Shown in pieces: positions 9,212 through 19,127 of a stretch of 63,255 nt of DNA (its first letter is position 1; every line of letters starts with the position of its first letter). Origin of the DNA: a virus (Duplodnaviria > Caudoviricetes); the IMG/VR virus record IMGVR_UViG_3300009034_000035, positions 1-63,255 of that record; one strand, written 5' to 3'. The position numbers and the translations under genes were made by a program. The notes beneath the pieces are model-generated. The model made no database searches. It had not been told where the DNA came from and saw only the letters and a list, made by a program, of their open reading frames with translations.

Positions 9212-9622
9212 ATGTTAACAGATAAAGAAATATTAGAAGCAATTAAGTTTAAAAGGATAAAGATAAATCCATTTAGTAGAGAAAAATTAGGACCAGTAAG
9301 TTATGATGTAAGTACAAAGGTAGTAAGGAAAATTGGAAATATAATTAGGTTAATCTCAGTTGAAGATTTTGAATTAAATCGCAATATAGTAGCTCTTGTA
9401 GTTCCTAGAAGTAGAATGGGTAAATATGGAATAGTTAGTTGTTATAGTGGATTAATAGATCCAGGTTTTAGAGGCAAATTAATTTTTCTAATTCATCAAC
9501 CTGAAGGAGGCAAAAGAAGTTATTCTGATCTATTTCAAATAATATTTTTTAGAGTAGGAGAAGTAATGGAGGCCTATAATGAGAGGAAGAAAAGTACAGC
9601 AATGGATAGAGAAGGGTTTTAG
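9212..9622 (+). CDS. Trimeric dCTP deaminase/dUTPase family protein, probably a dUTPase
   Basis: MLTDKEI, PVSYDV, PRSR, LIDPGFRG, QIIF; the deaminase catalytic Glu of DPGxxGxxxLE appears to be replaced. Confidence 0.8.
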   Translation: MLTDKEILEAIKFKRIKINPFSREKLGPVSYDVSTKVVRKIGNIIRLISVEDFELNRNIVALVVPRSRMGKYGIVSCYSGLIDPGFRGKLIFLIHQPEGGKRSYSDLFQIIFFRVGEVMEAYNERKKSTAMDREGF

Positions 9623-9791
9623 AAGGAAAGACGTTCAGAAGACAATAATATATCGTATATTGTCTGCTAGTAGTCAATTTGTAATTATTTATGGGCTAAC
9701 AAGAAACTTAATGGTATTTGGAGCAGTACAATTAAGCTGTATAATTGTTCATACTGCTCTTTATTATACTATAGAGAGAAGATGGAAATGA
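9579..9791 (+). CDS. DUF2061-like small membrane protein
   Basis: KTIIYRIL...LYYTIERRW pattern. Confidence 0.55.
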   Translation: MRGRKVQQWIEKGFRRKDVQKTIIYRILSASSQFVIIYGLTRNLMVFGAVQLSCIIVHTALYYTIERRWK

Positions 9792-9979
9792 AATATTATT
9801 TTGATTATGATAAAGAAGTAGATGTTCTCTATATAAGTATAGGTAAAAAACCACAGAAAGCTGATTTTGCAAGACGTTTAGGTGATATAATACTTAGATT
9901 TAAAGATAATTTGATTATAGGTATTACAATTCTTAATGCACAAAAATTTATAGCAAAAGTAAAGGAAATAAAAGAATGA
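9782..9979 (+). CDS. DUF2283-like protein
   Basis: YDKEVDVLYI...IIGITILNA. Confidence 0.8.
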   Translation: MEMKYYFDYDKEVDVLYISIGKKPQKADFARRLGDIILRFKDNLIIGITILNAQKFIAKVKEIKE

Positions 9980-10188
9980 AATGGGTTAAGATGAAAGTAG
10001 ATCTATTTTTTAGACTTAGACAGATAATAGCAGGTTTAGATTGGCTTATAACAGTATATATACCTCTTAGATATAATGGTAGATGGTTCATTACCAAAAC
10101 AACAATTCAAGAAAGAGTAGACTGTTTTATAGCATGTATTGATACAGCTATTAGAGGATATGTATATGGAGTAGAGGAAGAAAAATGA
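9976..10188 (+). CDS. Hypothetical protein
   Basis: ATGA-coupled ORF. Confidence 0.55.
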   Translation: MKWVKMKVDLFFRLRQIIAGLDWLITVYIPLRYNGRWFITKTTIQERVDCFIACIDTAIRGYVYGVEEEK

Positions 10189-10421
10189 ATGTAGAAATTA
10201 TAGGAACTATAGGTATTATATTATTATTACTTGGCTATATCTTTTCTAAAAAGAAACTTAGAGCAGCTTATTTAAATTTTTTAGGTGCTATAATTCTTAC
10301 AATTTATGATATTATTTTTAATACTTGGAGTAGATTAGTATTAGACATTTTATGGGCAGTCATTTCTATTAGGAATATTATTTATTATAGAAATTGGGGC
10401 AATGAATTAGACGATGAATAG
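10185..10421 (+). CDS. Small 3-TM membrane protein
   Basis: IIGTIGIILLLLGY...LNFLGAIIL...LWAVIS. Confidence 0.6.
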   Translation: MNVEIIGTIGIILLLLGYIFSKKKLRAAYLNFLGAIILTIYDIIFNTWSRLVLDILWAVISIRNIIYYRNWGNELDDE

Positions 10422-10435
10422 AAGAGGAGAAAATA

Positions 10436-11683
10436 ATGTTTATATGCACATTTAAAGGGGAATGTTCTTATAGAATATCGGATAAGGTATGTACATATAA
10501 AAAATCATGTAGTAGTCGAAAAAAAGCGGATGTAGTTCAGAAATGTAGAATATCTAATATCCAGTTAGAAGACGTTGGTGTAAATCCAACCATCCGCACC
10601 AAACTTAATTTATTAAAAGAGTGTATAATTGAGGATATTAATAGATTTTCTAGTACTACAGATGTTAAATCTACAATTAGAGAAGCTTTAGTAAAACGTA
10701 AATGTTGTGGGTTGAAGGATAAAGTTAAAACATTTTTAAATTTTGAAGAAAAATATTTTCATTATTTAGATTTTAGAGATTTACCCTTGAATAAAGTTAA
10801 TTTTGTGTTAAAAAGATGTAAAACAAAAGATGAGAAAGAATTATGGAGATATGTTAGAGTCATTGTAAGTTCAGCACCTTGGACAGGATATGTAGGTAAA
10901 CAGTTAAAATACTTATTAATGGATGAAGATGAAGAAAAAGTATTTGGTATTATAGGATTAGGTTCAGATTTATTAAATTTAAATCCTAGGAATGTATTTT
11001 TAGGTATTAAAAATATGTCTATTCAAGAGAAATTGAAAAGGATAAATTATTTAATGAATATGTTTGTTTGTGTAGGAGTCTATCCATTCAGTTTATTTAC
11101 AGGAGGAAAATTATTGGCTCTTGTTTCTGTTTCTAATAATATAATAGAAGATTATCAAAAGGTATATGATTCTCCTATTTATGGAATAACAACTACTAGT
11201 TTATATGGGAAGTCTATACAATATGACAGATTAAATGATCCTACGACAAATTTAGCAAATTGGAACTATTTGGGGTTAACTGAAGGATTTCAGAGTACAA
11301 TACATTTATCTTCTTCTACAAGAAGATATATTGATGAATTATTTAATGATCTTAATTTATCTTTACCACATAAAAAAATTACACAGACATTTGTTATAAC
11401 ACATAAATTAGGTAAAGTTTCTAGATTTTTAGGGTTAACTGTTAAAGATATATTGTCACCAGGAGGAAATAAAAGAGGAGTTTATTTTTGTTGGTTGATT
11501 AATAATAATCAAATATTAAAATCATTAGAAAATTGTGAACCTAATTATATAGATAGATCATTTGATGATATTATGGATTATTGGAAAAAAAGATGGTTTA
11601 AAAGAAGATGGAAAAAGTATCATAGTAGAAGTAAAGATTTAGGTAATTATAAATTAGAGGAAATTTTAAATGAGGGAAAATAA
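10436..11683 (+). CDS. DUF4338 / Druantia DruA-like protein
   Basis: GIIGLGSD...PR, YPFSLFTGGKLLAL, ITTTSLYGKSIQYDRL, LGLTEG. Confidence 0.75.
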   Translation: MFICTFKGECSYRISDKVCTYKKSCSSRKKADVVQKCRISNIQLEDVGVNPTIRTKLNLLKECIIEDINRFSSTTDVKSTIREALVKRKCCGLKDKVKTFLNFEEKYFHYLDFRDLPLNKVNFVLKRCKTKDEKELWRYVRVIVSSAPWTGYVGKQLKYLLMDEDEEKVFGIIGLGSDLLNLNPRNVFLGIKNMSIQEKLKRINYLMNMFVCVGVYPFSLFTGGKLLALVSVSNNIIEDYQKVYDSPIYGITTTSLYGKSIQYDRLNDPTTNLANWNYLGLTEGFQSTIHLSSSTRRYIDELFNDLNLSLPHKKITQTFVITHKLGKVSRFLGLTVKDILSPGGNKRGVYFCWLINNNQILKSLENCEPNYIDRSFDDIMDYWKKRWFKRRWKKYHSRSKDLGNYKLEEILNEGK

Positions 11684-11787
11684 ATGAGTAATGAATTAGT
11701 CTTCCTATCAATAGTATGCCTTTGTATCTTTCTTGGTTTAATACCTAAATTACTTGATTATTATGAAGATAAAAGGAGAAAGAAAAG

Positions 11788-11871
11788 ATGCATTGTTCAT
11801 TAAAAGAACAAGGTCAAGATTGTGAAGAATGTAGTTTATATGGTTATTGTCCAGAAACAAGAGAGGGATAA
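11788..11871 (+). CDS. Cys-rich microprotein (27 aa)
   Basis: MHCSLKEQGQDCEECSLYGYCPETREG; SD aggag. Confidence 0.45.
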   Translation: MHCSLKEQGQDCEECSLYGYCPETREG

Positions 11872-11874
11872 TAG

Positions 11875-11988
11875 ATGAAGTTTAAGTGTAAAGTATGTGA
11901 AGATACTGTTGATGAAGAAGTAGAACAGAAGTATAAAATATGTCGAAAGTGTAGACATGGAGATATGATGAAGAGAATATCGTGGTGA
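11875..11988 (+). CDS. Zn-finger microprotein (37 aa)
   Basis: CKVC...CRKC. Confidence 0.55.
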   Translation: MKFKCKVCEDTVDEEVEQKYKICRKCRHGDMMKRISW

Positions 11989-11992
11989 TTAT

Positions 11993-12103
11993 GTGAAATG
12001 TAGAACTTGCCCAAGATTTGAAGAATGTTGTGCAAACGGAATAGAATTATGTAAAGAAAAACAAAATGAAAAATATGAGAGGTATGGTCAAAGGAACTAT
12101 TGA
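11993..12103 (+). CDS. Cys-rich microprotein (36 aa)
   Basis: GTG start after SD ggtga; CRTC...CC...C. Confidence 0.5.
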   Translation: MKCRTCPRFEECCANGIELCKEKQNEKYERYGQRNY

Positions 12104-12124
12104 AAGACTTGGGGGAAGTAGATA

Positions 12125-13639
12125 ATGAATGAAATACAGGCTCTTAAGATTAAAGTTGTCCATTCTAAGAATATTTATGATATAATAGATTCATGTAAAG
12201 ATTGGAGAAATATACTACTTAGAAGAGCTAAGATCAAATTAAGAAAATATCAATTGCCATTAAGTAATAAGATAATAGAATATACTCTTAGCATGGGAGC
12301 ATTAGGTAATGAAATAATAAGTTTATGGTGTAGACAATCAGGCAAGACAGAAACAGTAGCAGATACTACTTTAGCATTAGGTACTTTCTATTTAATATTT
12401 TTAGAACAAGAATTTAAAGGTGGATTATTTGCCCCAGTAGAAAGTATGATTACTCACGTAACTAGGAATAGATTAAGAGAAAGATATAAATCTCTTAAAG
12501 GATGGCTAAAGCATAAAGCTCATATAAAGCAAATAGCAGGAGAAGGAGTAACATCTAGTTTATTTATATTAGAAAATACTCTTACTAAAAAAGAATTTAA
12601 TGTAAGATCATTATCAGTAGGAGAACAAGCTCAGATTATAGGTCCAACATTTAACTTACTTATTATAGAACAGTCAGAATTAATTAATGCTATGAAGCTT
12701 AAGAATGATGTATTTCCTATGGGAGCAACAACTGGAGGAGTAAGAGTATTAACTGGTACAACATCACCTTACTTTAAGAATGAATACTTTAGGGAAGCAA
12801 TAGAAAGATGGAGTGATGATCCTAAGAAGAATAAAAGTACAGCTAATTATGTAGAACTAGTAAATTGGAAAGAAGCATCCAAATATTCAGTAGCTTACAG
12901 AAGATATGTAGCCAAGGAAAGAACTAGGTTAGGAGAAGATAGTGTAGAGTTTAGAACTCAATATGGATTAGAATGGGTAGGAGCAACACTTAAGTTTATA
13001 GGATGGGAAAAGATAGTTAATCAAGAAGTAGATTATAAGTGGAATAAAGAAAGATTAAGGTTTTTTGGTATAGATGTAGCTAGAGCAGGAGACAGTACAG
13101 TAGTGACAGTAATAGAGGTTAATGGAACAGAAATTCATATACTAGGATGGATGGAAGTAGAAGGTTTAGACTTTGAAATTCAAATACCTAGAATAATATA
13201 TTTTCTTAAGCAATATGCTCCTTTAAGGTTTGGACTAGTAGATAAACCAGGATTAGGAGTAGCTTTATTTGACATGTTAAAGAAAAGATTATGGGATGAA
13301 GTAGAGGATGAGAAGGGCAATATAAAGAAAGAAGCTTGGGCTAGAGTAGATGGTTATTATGGTTCATTAAAAGAAAATGATGAAATGTATAAGGGCATGG
13401 ATAGAGAATTTCAGCATGATAGAGTATTTTTCTCTAAGCATACTAAGTATAAGAGGGAGAAGAGTAGGTTTATAGATCAGATGTTAGATCTAGAACGTAA
13501 GTATACAGGTCATACTCTTAAGCTTTTAGCACCCAAGGTAAAAGGTAGGCATGATGATTATCCAATTTCACTTGCTCTTGCCATATATGCATTTAAGGAA
13601 AAGTCACATAAAACAGGAGTAACTTATGTTGATTTTTAG
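12125..13639 (+). CDS. terL: Terminase large subunit
   Basis: RQSGKT Walker A, RNase H-like GIDVARAGD, C-terminal HDDYPISLAL. Confidence 0.95.
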   Translation: MNEIQALKIKVVHSKNIYDIIDSCKDWRNILLRRAKIKLRKYQLPLSNKIIEYTLSMGALGNEIISLWCRQSGKTETVADTTLALGTFYLIFLEQEFKGGLFAPVESMITHVTRNRLRERYKSLKGWLKHKAHIKQIAGEGVTSSLFILENTLTKKEFNVRSLSVGEQAQIIGPTFNLLIIEQSELINAMKLKNDVFPMGATTGGVRVLTGTTSPYFKNEYFREAIERWSDDPKKNKSTANYVELVNWKEASKYSVAYRRYVAKERTRLGEDSVEFRTQYGLEWVGATLKFIGWEKIVNQEVDYKWNKERLRFFGIDVARAGDSTVVTVIEVNGTEIHILGWMEVEGLDFEIQIPRIIYFLKQYAPLRFGLVDKPGLGVALFDMLKKRLWDEVEDEKGNIKKEAWARVDGYYGSLKENDEMYKGMDREFQHDRVFFSKHTKYKREKSRFIDQMLDLERKYTGHTLKLLAPKVKGRHDDYPISLALAIYAFKEKSHKTGVTYVDF

Positions 13640-13651
13640 GAGGTAGATATA

Positions 13652-13756
13652 ATGGTTAAAGAAAGTCGTATATGTTCAAGATGTTTCAATCTTATACCTC
13701 CTTGGTGGTCTAAACATCTTTGTAGTGAATGTTTTAAAAAAGAGAAAGGTTTATAA
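13652..13756 (+). CDS. Zn-finger microprotein (34 aa)
   Basis: SD aggaggt; MVKESRICSRC...LCSECFKKEKGL. Confidence 0.6.
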   Translation: MVKESRICSRCFNLIPPWWSKHLCSECFKKEKGL

Positions 13757-13780
13757 GTAATGGTTAAGTATACTTAAGTT

Positions 13781-13901
13781 GAGGAACGGAGTAATAACCC
13801 ATAAGCAAGACATGGGAGGAAAGATGACCTCCAATCCTGACTAATTTGTTTTTAGGAAAGGTTGTAACTTAGGGTAAATAAAATACCTTGGTTATAGCTT
13901 T
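13781..13901 (+). ncRNA. Candidate structured ncRNA or leader
   Basis: Promoter agaaaggtttataag at 13743 followed by several hairpins and no ORF. Confidence 0.4.
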
Positions 13902-13970
13902 AAATAACACTTTTGGAGAATAATATATTTATACTAACGGTTGTATTATATATTATATAGAGGTTATTAA

Positions 13971-14834
13971 ATGCCTGAGTATTATAGTATAGAGGAAATA
14001 GAGAAGAGACATAAAGAGATAATCTGGCCAACAGTAAGAATAAGAGCAAAGTCAGCTTGGGGAAGTGGAACAGTAGTTTATTCTAAGCAAGATAAAGAAG
14101 GCAAATATCATACTTATGTATTAACATGTCACCACGTAGTAGCTGATAATATTAAAGTAGAAAAACTATGGGATCAAAAAGTAGGAATGGATGTTAAAAG
14201 AGAAATAAGATCACCAGTAGAAGTACAATTCTTTTATTATGAAAAACTATCTTATGCTAAAGGATTAGCTGGTTCTTATAGAGCAGATATTAAGTGTTAT
14301 GATGAAAGACAGGATATAGCTCTATTAGAACTACAAAGAAACGCTCCTATAAAGTTTGTAGCTTATCTCTATCCAAAAGATAAAATAGATGAAGTACATG
14401 TATTTGATCCAGTATATGCATGTGGAGCAGCTATGGCTCATGAACCAATTACTACAAAGGGGATGATAGACTTTATGAATGAAATTATAGATGAATATGA
14501 CTATTGGATGTCAGTAGCACCTACAATATTTGGTAATTCAGGAGGATCAGTATTTAGGTACTCTAAGAAAAGAGATAGGTTTGAGTTTCTAGGTATGCCA
14601 GCTAGAATAACAGTTAATATATCTGGCTTTAGTGCAGATCCTATTACTCATATGGGATACTTTGTACCAATAAGTAGAATCTATAATGTGTTAAAGAAGA
14701 ATAACTATGAATTTCTATATGATACTAGTAAAACATTTGAAGAATGTAAAAAGGCTAGAAAGAGAGAAGCTGACAGAGATAGAAAACTATACATGTCTAA
14801 ATTTGGTGGCTCTCCTCTAAAAGAAGGTAAATAA
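13971..14834 (+). CDS. Trypsin-like serine protease
   Basis: GSGTVV, LTCHHV (His), DIALL (Asp), GNSGG (Ser). Confidence 0.92.
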   Translation: MPEYYSIEEIEKRHKEIIWPTVRIRAKSAWGSGTVVYSKQDKEGKYHTYVLTCHHVVADNIKVEKLWDQKVGMDVKREIRSPVEVQFFYYEKLSYAKGLAGSYRADIKCYDERQDIALLELQRNAPIKFVAYLYPKDKIDEVHVFDPVYACGAAMAHEPITTKGMIDFMNEIIDEYDYWMSVAPTIFGNSGGSVFRYSKKRDRFEFLGMPARITVNISGFSADPITHMGYFVPISRIYNVLKKNNYEFLYDTSKTFEECKKARKREADRDRKLYMSKFGGSPLKEGK

Positions 14835-14849
14835 AAGGAGGCCCTTCTT

Positions 14850-15167
14850 ATGGGCTTAGATAAAGGTTTATGTGATAGCTGTGGAGAAGTATTTGATGTA
14901 CTTTTTCCAGTAGGTATTTTAGATGAATGTCCTACTGGTGGAATGAAGCATGTACAGAAGTGGTACTGTGTAAGTTGTAGAGATACGATAGAGGAAGAAG
15001 CAGAAACTAATAATAATGATGAAGATACCAAGGAAAATGAAGAATCTTTTCTTAATGGGGAAGTAAGAGAAGTGTTTACTAAAAATACTGTAAAAAATGA
15101 TTTATCTTTTGAAGAATGGTATTTGGGTATACCAAAGAAACCTTGGCATTATAGAAAAGAAGAGTAG
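14850..15167 (+). CDS. Zn-finger protein
   Basis: CDSC, CVSC; SD aggagg. Confidence 0.6.
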   Translation: MGLDKGLCDSCGEVFDVLFPVGILDECPTGGMKHVQKWYCVSCRDTIEEEAETNNNDEDTKENEESFLNGEVREVFTKNTVKNDLSFEEWYLGIPKKPWHYRKEE

Positions 15168-15174
15168 AAAATAG

Positions 15175-17661
15175 ATGTCAACTAGAAGTAAATCACCAGT
15201 AAGAAAAAAGGTTAGTTCTAAAAGTTTAAGAATGAGACTAGCATCATGGTTAGGTAGAAGGTTAGGAGTACCAATAGAGAAGACTACTCCTGTAGTACCT
15301 TCTTTTGTATTTGAACCAGAACCTATTATTAGAAGACCAGCATTTGATTATATAAACTTATTTGAAGTAGCTACTACATCATGGCCTTTAAGAAGAGCAT
15401 TTGGAGCAATAATACAGGAATGTACTAGAAACAGATGGAAGAGAGAAGCCAAGTTTAAGTATAAGTGTATTAAGTGTGGAGAAGAATATAAGGTTAAAGT
15501 TAAAGATGATAAATGTGCAGTAGAAGAATGTAAAGGTAAATTAAGAAAGCCAGATAGAGAACAAGCTAAAAGGTTTGATAAGTTACTAGATAATCCAAAT
15601 AGAGACTATCATTTTGATGACTTTGTAAGATCAAGCATGTTCTATGATCTAGCATTAGATGACTGGTATTGGGGAGTAGCATATAAGGAAAGACCCAGAA
15701 GAGGCATGGATAGAAAAATAGTTCTCAATGAGGATAAAGAAGTAGAATATGAGAAAGTACCAGGAGAGATTTATATTGAAGATTCTAGGTTTATATTTCC
15801 TATTGCAGATGAACATGGTCATTTAGGTGGATATGAATACTTCTGTCCTATATGCTATGATAAAATACCAGGTGATGCTCCTGTACAGAGTATAAGACCG
15901 GAAGATAGTGAAGAACAAAAAGAAAGATTAATGACCTGTCAATATTGTGGAGGAAGAATGGAACAAACTGCTTATGTACAAGAAGTACAAGGAGCAATAT
16001 TAGCAAGGTTTACTAAGGATGAAATTATACATGGCTCAAGTAGTAGAGTATTGCCTGCCCTATTTGGTAATAGTAGAATAATAACAGTCTGGACATTAGT
16101 ACAAACTATTCTTAGTATGGATGAATATAATTATGAAGTTTATAGTGAAGGGGCAGTAGGAGCAATATTAGGTCTACCAGGTTATGACCAGTTAGAAGTA
16201 GGTGAAATTAAAGGCTTTATAGAAGATGAATTAAAACATCTAGATAAAAAAGATATTCAAATGGGTAGATATAAAACAAGTAAAAAAAATAGAACACTGA
16301 TGATGGGACTAAAGAAAGATTCAGAACTACAAAGAGTACCTATAATGAATGACCTAAAGGATATGCAATCTATAGAATTTTATAATATTTATGTAGATGC
16401 TATATCAGGAGTATATGGAGTAACACCAGAATTTGTAGGCTCCACTGAAGCTGGTATAGGAGTAAAGATGAAGATAGAAGTACAGAATAGAACTATTAAG
16501 GAAAGGCAGAATAACTTTGCTGATATATTTAATAGTGAAGTATTACCTTTATTTAGTATAACAGACTGGAAGCTAGTCTTTAATCCAGTAGAAGCAAGGG
16601 ATGATTATAAATTAGCATCTGTACATCAGACTAGATCAGCAGCAGCTCTTAATTATTTAAGAGGAGGATTTAAAGTATCTATAGGTCCAGATGATCAACT
16701 TATAGTTAGTGGAAAAGGTGAACTACCAGATGCAGAAGCAGCTAGATCTAGATCAGGGGAAAAACCTAGAGATATGCAAGGTAAGCCTTGGAGACAAGAA
16801 TTTGGAAGTCCTAATAGGACACAAGCAGAAAGAGTAGAATTAGCTAAAGATCAAAAAGTAGGTTTAATAGGTATACCTATAAGTTGGTATAGTCTAACAC
16901 AGATAAGAGTATATGATAAAGTCTTTGCTATTAATAGTGACCAAAATGAAGTATATGTGATGAGTAATAATAAAGAAGTAATTGGTACTAGAACATCAAC
17001 AGTTAATTTTAACTATGCAATATCTAACCTATTAAATTCTGTATTAGCTTATGTAGGTAGTAAAATAAAAGAAGAAAAGATAGATTTTGATAAAGAAGAC
17101 TTTGATGAGGGAAGTAAGAAGATTATTATATCTATGAGAAGAGAATTTAGTCCTAAACAATTAATTGCTTTAGCTACTTATTTAGATACTAAAGGATTAA
17201 CATCTTTAGCTCAAAAGATAGATAACTTAAGGATGAAGCTAGAACAAGTTAAATTAAATCCAGCAGAATTTATAGCTGAATCAAGACCTACATCTACTAG
17301 AGAAATGTTAGAAGTTATTCCAGAGGAAAAGATAGAAAAGAGGGGTAAAGCTAGAGTACCATTTGGAGTAAAATATGAAGAAGTAAATCTAGCTGAAGAA
17401 TTAACTAAACTTCTTAAATGGGCTAAAAAAGAAGTAAAAGGTGGAAAATGGAAAGCAACAGTTATTAAGGAAGCTAAGATTAAAGCTAAGGAGATTATAG
17501 AAGATTCATATAAAAAGCTTAATCAAACTGCTAAGGAACATAGTAAAGAAAGAACTAAGAAGACAGTTAAGATTAGTCCAGAAGAAAAGAGAAGATTAGA
17601 TACTTATAAGAAGAATAGTCTTCAAGACTTTATTAAGATTTTAAAGGATAGTTTAAAATAG
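15175..17661 (+). CDS. Portal protein with Zn-ribbon insertions and long C-terminal extension
   Basis: LLDNPN, FTKDEIIH, LFGNS, DMQSIE...ISGVYGVTPEFVG portal motifs; position after TerL. Confidence 0.9.
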   Translation: MSTRSKSPVRKKVSSKSLRMRLASWLGRRLGVPIEKTTPVVPSFVFEPEPIIRRPAFDYINLFEVATTSWPLRRAFGAIIQECTRNRWKREAKFKYKCIKCGEEYKVKVKDDKCAVEECKGKLRKPDREQAKRFDKLLDNPNRDYHFDDFVRSSMFYDLALDDWYWGVAYKERPRRGMDRKIVLNEDKEVEYEKVPGEIYIEDSRFIFPIADEHGHLGGYEYFCPICYDKIPGDAPVQSIRPEDSEEQKERLMTCQYCGGRMEQTAYVQEVQGAILARFTKDEIIHGSSSRVLPALFGNSRIITVWTLVQTILSMDEYNYEVYSEGAVGAILGLPGYDQLEVGEIKGFIEDELKHLDKKDIQMGRYKTSKKNRTLMMGLKKDSELQRVPIMNDLKDMQSIEFYNIYVDAISGVYGVTPEFVGSTEAGIGVKMKIEVQNRTIKERQNNFADIFNSEVLPLFSITDWKLVFNPVEARDDYKLASVHQTRSAAALNYLRGGFKVSIGPDDQLIVSGKGELPDAEAARSRSGEKPRDMQGKPWRQEFGSPNRTQAERVELAKDQKVGLIGIPISWYSLTQIRVYDKVFAINSDQNEVYVMSNNKEVIGTRTSTVNFNYAISNLLNSVLAYVGSKIKEEKIDFDKEDFDEGSKKIIISMRREFSPKQLIALATYLDTKGLTSLAQKIDNLRMKLEQVKLNPAEFIAESRPTSTREMLEVIPEEKIEKRGKARVPFGVKYEEVNLAEELTKLLKWAKKEVKGGKWKATVIKEAKIKAKEIIEDSYKKLNQTAKEHSKERTKKTVKISPEEKRRLDTYKKNSLQDFIKILKDSLK

Positions 17662-17676
17662 TGATGGCTGAAGATT

Positions 17677-17784
17677 GTGACTGATAAGAGTAAGCATAGT
17701 AAAGCTGTTCATGGATGGAGAGCAGCAGCCTCAACTTATATTAAAATTAAAGTAGATGCTAATGGAGTAGTCCAGACAAATTGA
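17677..17784 (+). CDS. 35-aa peptide homologous to the N-terminus of the next gene
   Basis: VHGW...YIKIKVDANGVVQT versus IYGY...WIKVSVDADGKIQI; TTGA coupling. Confidence 0.6.
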   Translation: MTDKSKHSKAVHGWRAAASTYIKIKVDANGVVQTN

Positions 17785-19121
17785 GTATAAAAGCTTTACC
17801 TGCTATAGGTATTTATGGTTATTATTCTACAGGAGAAGAATGGATAAAGGTATCTGTAGATGCTGATGGTAAAATACAAATTACTAGTACAGATCTAAGT
17901 ACTATATTAAGTGAAATACAGTCTGCTACTTATGGTTTAGAGGCTATTAAGGATGCAGTTGATATTCTTGATGGTTACTTTGATGTTCCTACTGCAAATT
18001 CAACAGCAAATTCTACTATTCGTGATGTAATAGGAAATAAGACTGATGATCCAGATTGGTTTGTAAATCAAAATCAAGGTTTAATGGGTTATATTAAAGC
18101 TGTATGTTCTAGTGGTGGAGGAATTAGTTATATTGGAGCATGCGATTCTGGGATGACTGCTAGTACTACTACTATAGTGTGTGATGATTTAAAAGGTTTC
18201 GGTGATGATTTCTTTAATACTGATTGGGTAATGGTAGTAGCTCTAAACAATAATGCTCATGGATCAGCTCCTGAAGGCAATGCTCCTAGGGATATTCAAG
18301 ATTATGATAGTGCTACAGGTACTTTTACTGTAGCAGCTTTTAGTGCTAATGTTGAAGAAGATGATAAGATTATAATAGGGAAACGAAACTTATATACTGA
18401 TGATAAGGTTGCTATAGCCACAAGTCCAGCTGCAAATAGTTTAGCTTATAAGCTTAGTCAATTCTTAGCTTCAGGGGATGGGGACTTTGCTGGAGGAACA
18501 CCTTTACCTTCAAATAAATCTTTGTATGATGTAATAGCTCTTGACAGATTAGACAATGCAACTTATGGGTTAAGTGCTATAGAAACTTTAGTAGATGGAG
18601 TAGAATCTGATACTGGAGCTATATTAATAGATACAGCAGCTATGCAGCCTAAAATACCTAGAATAGTATGTCACATGGACTTTTGGAGTCTACCATTACA
18701 AGTTACAATTACTTCAACAGCAGGAGATAGAGGATTAGTTGATGTAGTAGTTTCTGGTCTACCTAGTGGAGTAACTATTATTGCTGTTCAAGGAATGTTC
18801 TTATGTGATTCTGTAGAAAACTCTTATGATGGAACTAACTATCTTGAGTCAACTAAGATACAAGTTAAAGTAAAAACTACTGGAACAGATAGAGACGCTA
18901 TTACCTTAGAAGCAAATAAAATCTTTAGATTCTCTGATGATATGATTAGAGGAGGAACAGTTCTTATAGCAGACTGGGCATCTGCTGTTGATGCTGGTAT
19001 TTTAGCTGAAGTTACAACTAATGCAACCTATTCAATGTGGTTTGATGTAGGTGAAGCAGCCCAAAATAATATTGTATTAGATGGTGCTCAATTCGGATTA
19101 AGAATATGGTATTCAGTGTGA
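17781..19121 (+). CDS. Putative virion structural/fibre protein
   Basis: Acidic, Gly/Thr/Ala-rich; internal repeat ATYGL.AI...VD; lies in the head module. Confidence 0.6.
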   Translation: MSIKALPAIGIYGYYSTGEEWIKVSVDADGKIQITSTDLSTILSEIQSATYGLEAIKDAVDILDGYFDVPTANSTANSTIRDVIGNKTDDPDWFVNQNQGLMGYIKAVCSSGGGISYIGACDSGMTASTTTIVCDDLKGFGDDFFNTDWVMVVALNNNAHGSAPEGNAPRDIQDYDSATGTFTVAAFSANVEEDDKIIIGKRNLYTDDKVAIATSPAANSLAYKLSQFLASGDGDFAGGTPLPSNKSLYDVIALDRLDNATYGLSAIETLVDGVESDTGAILIDTAAMQPKIPRIVCHMDFWSLPLQVTITSTAGDRGLVDVVVSGLPSGVTIIAVQGMFLCDSVENSYDGTNYLESTKIQVKVKTTGTDRDAITLEANKIFRFSDDMIRGGTVLIADWASAVDAGILAEVTTNATYSMWFDVGEAAQNNIVLDGAQFGLRIWYSV

Positions 19122-19127
19122 TAGAGA

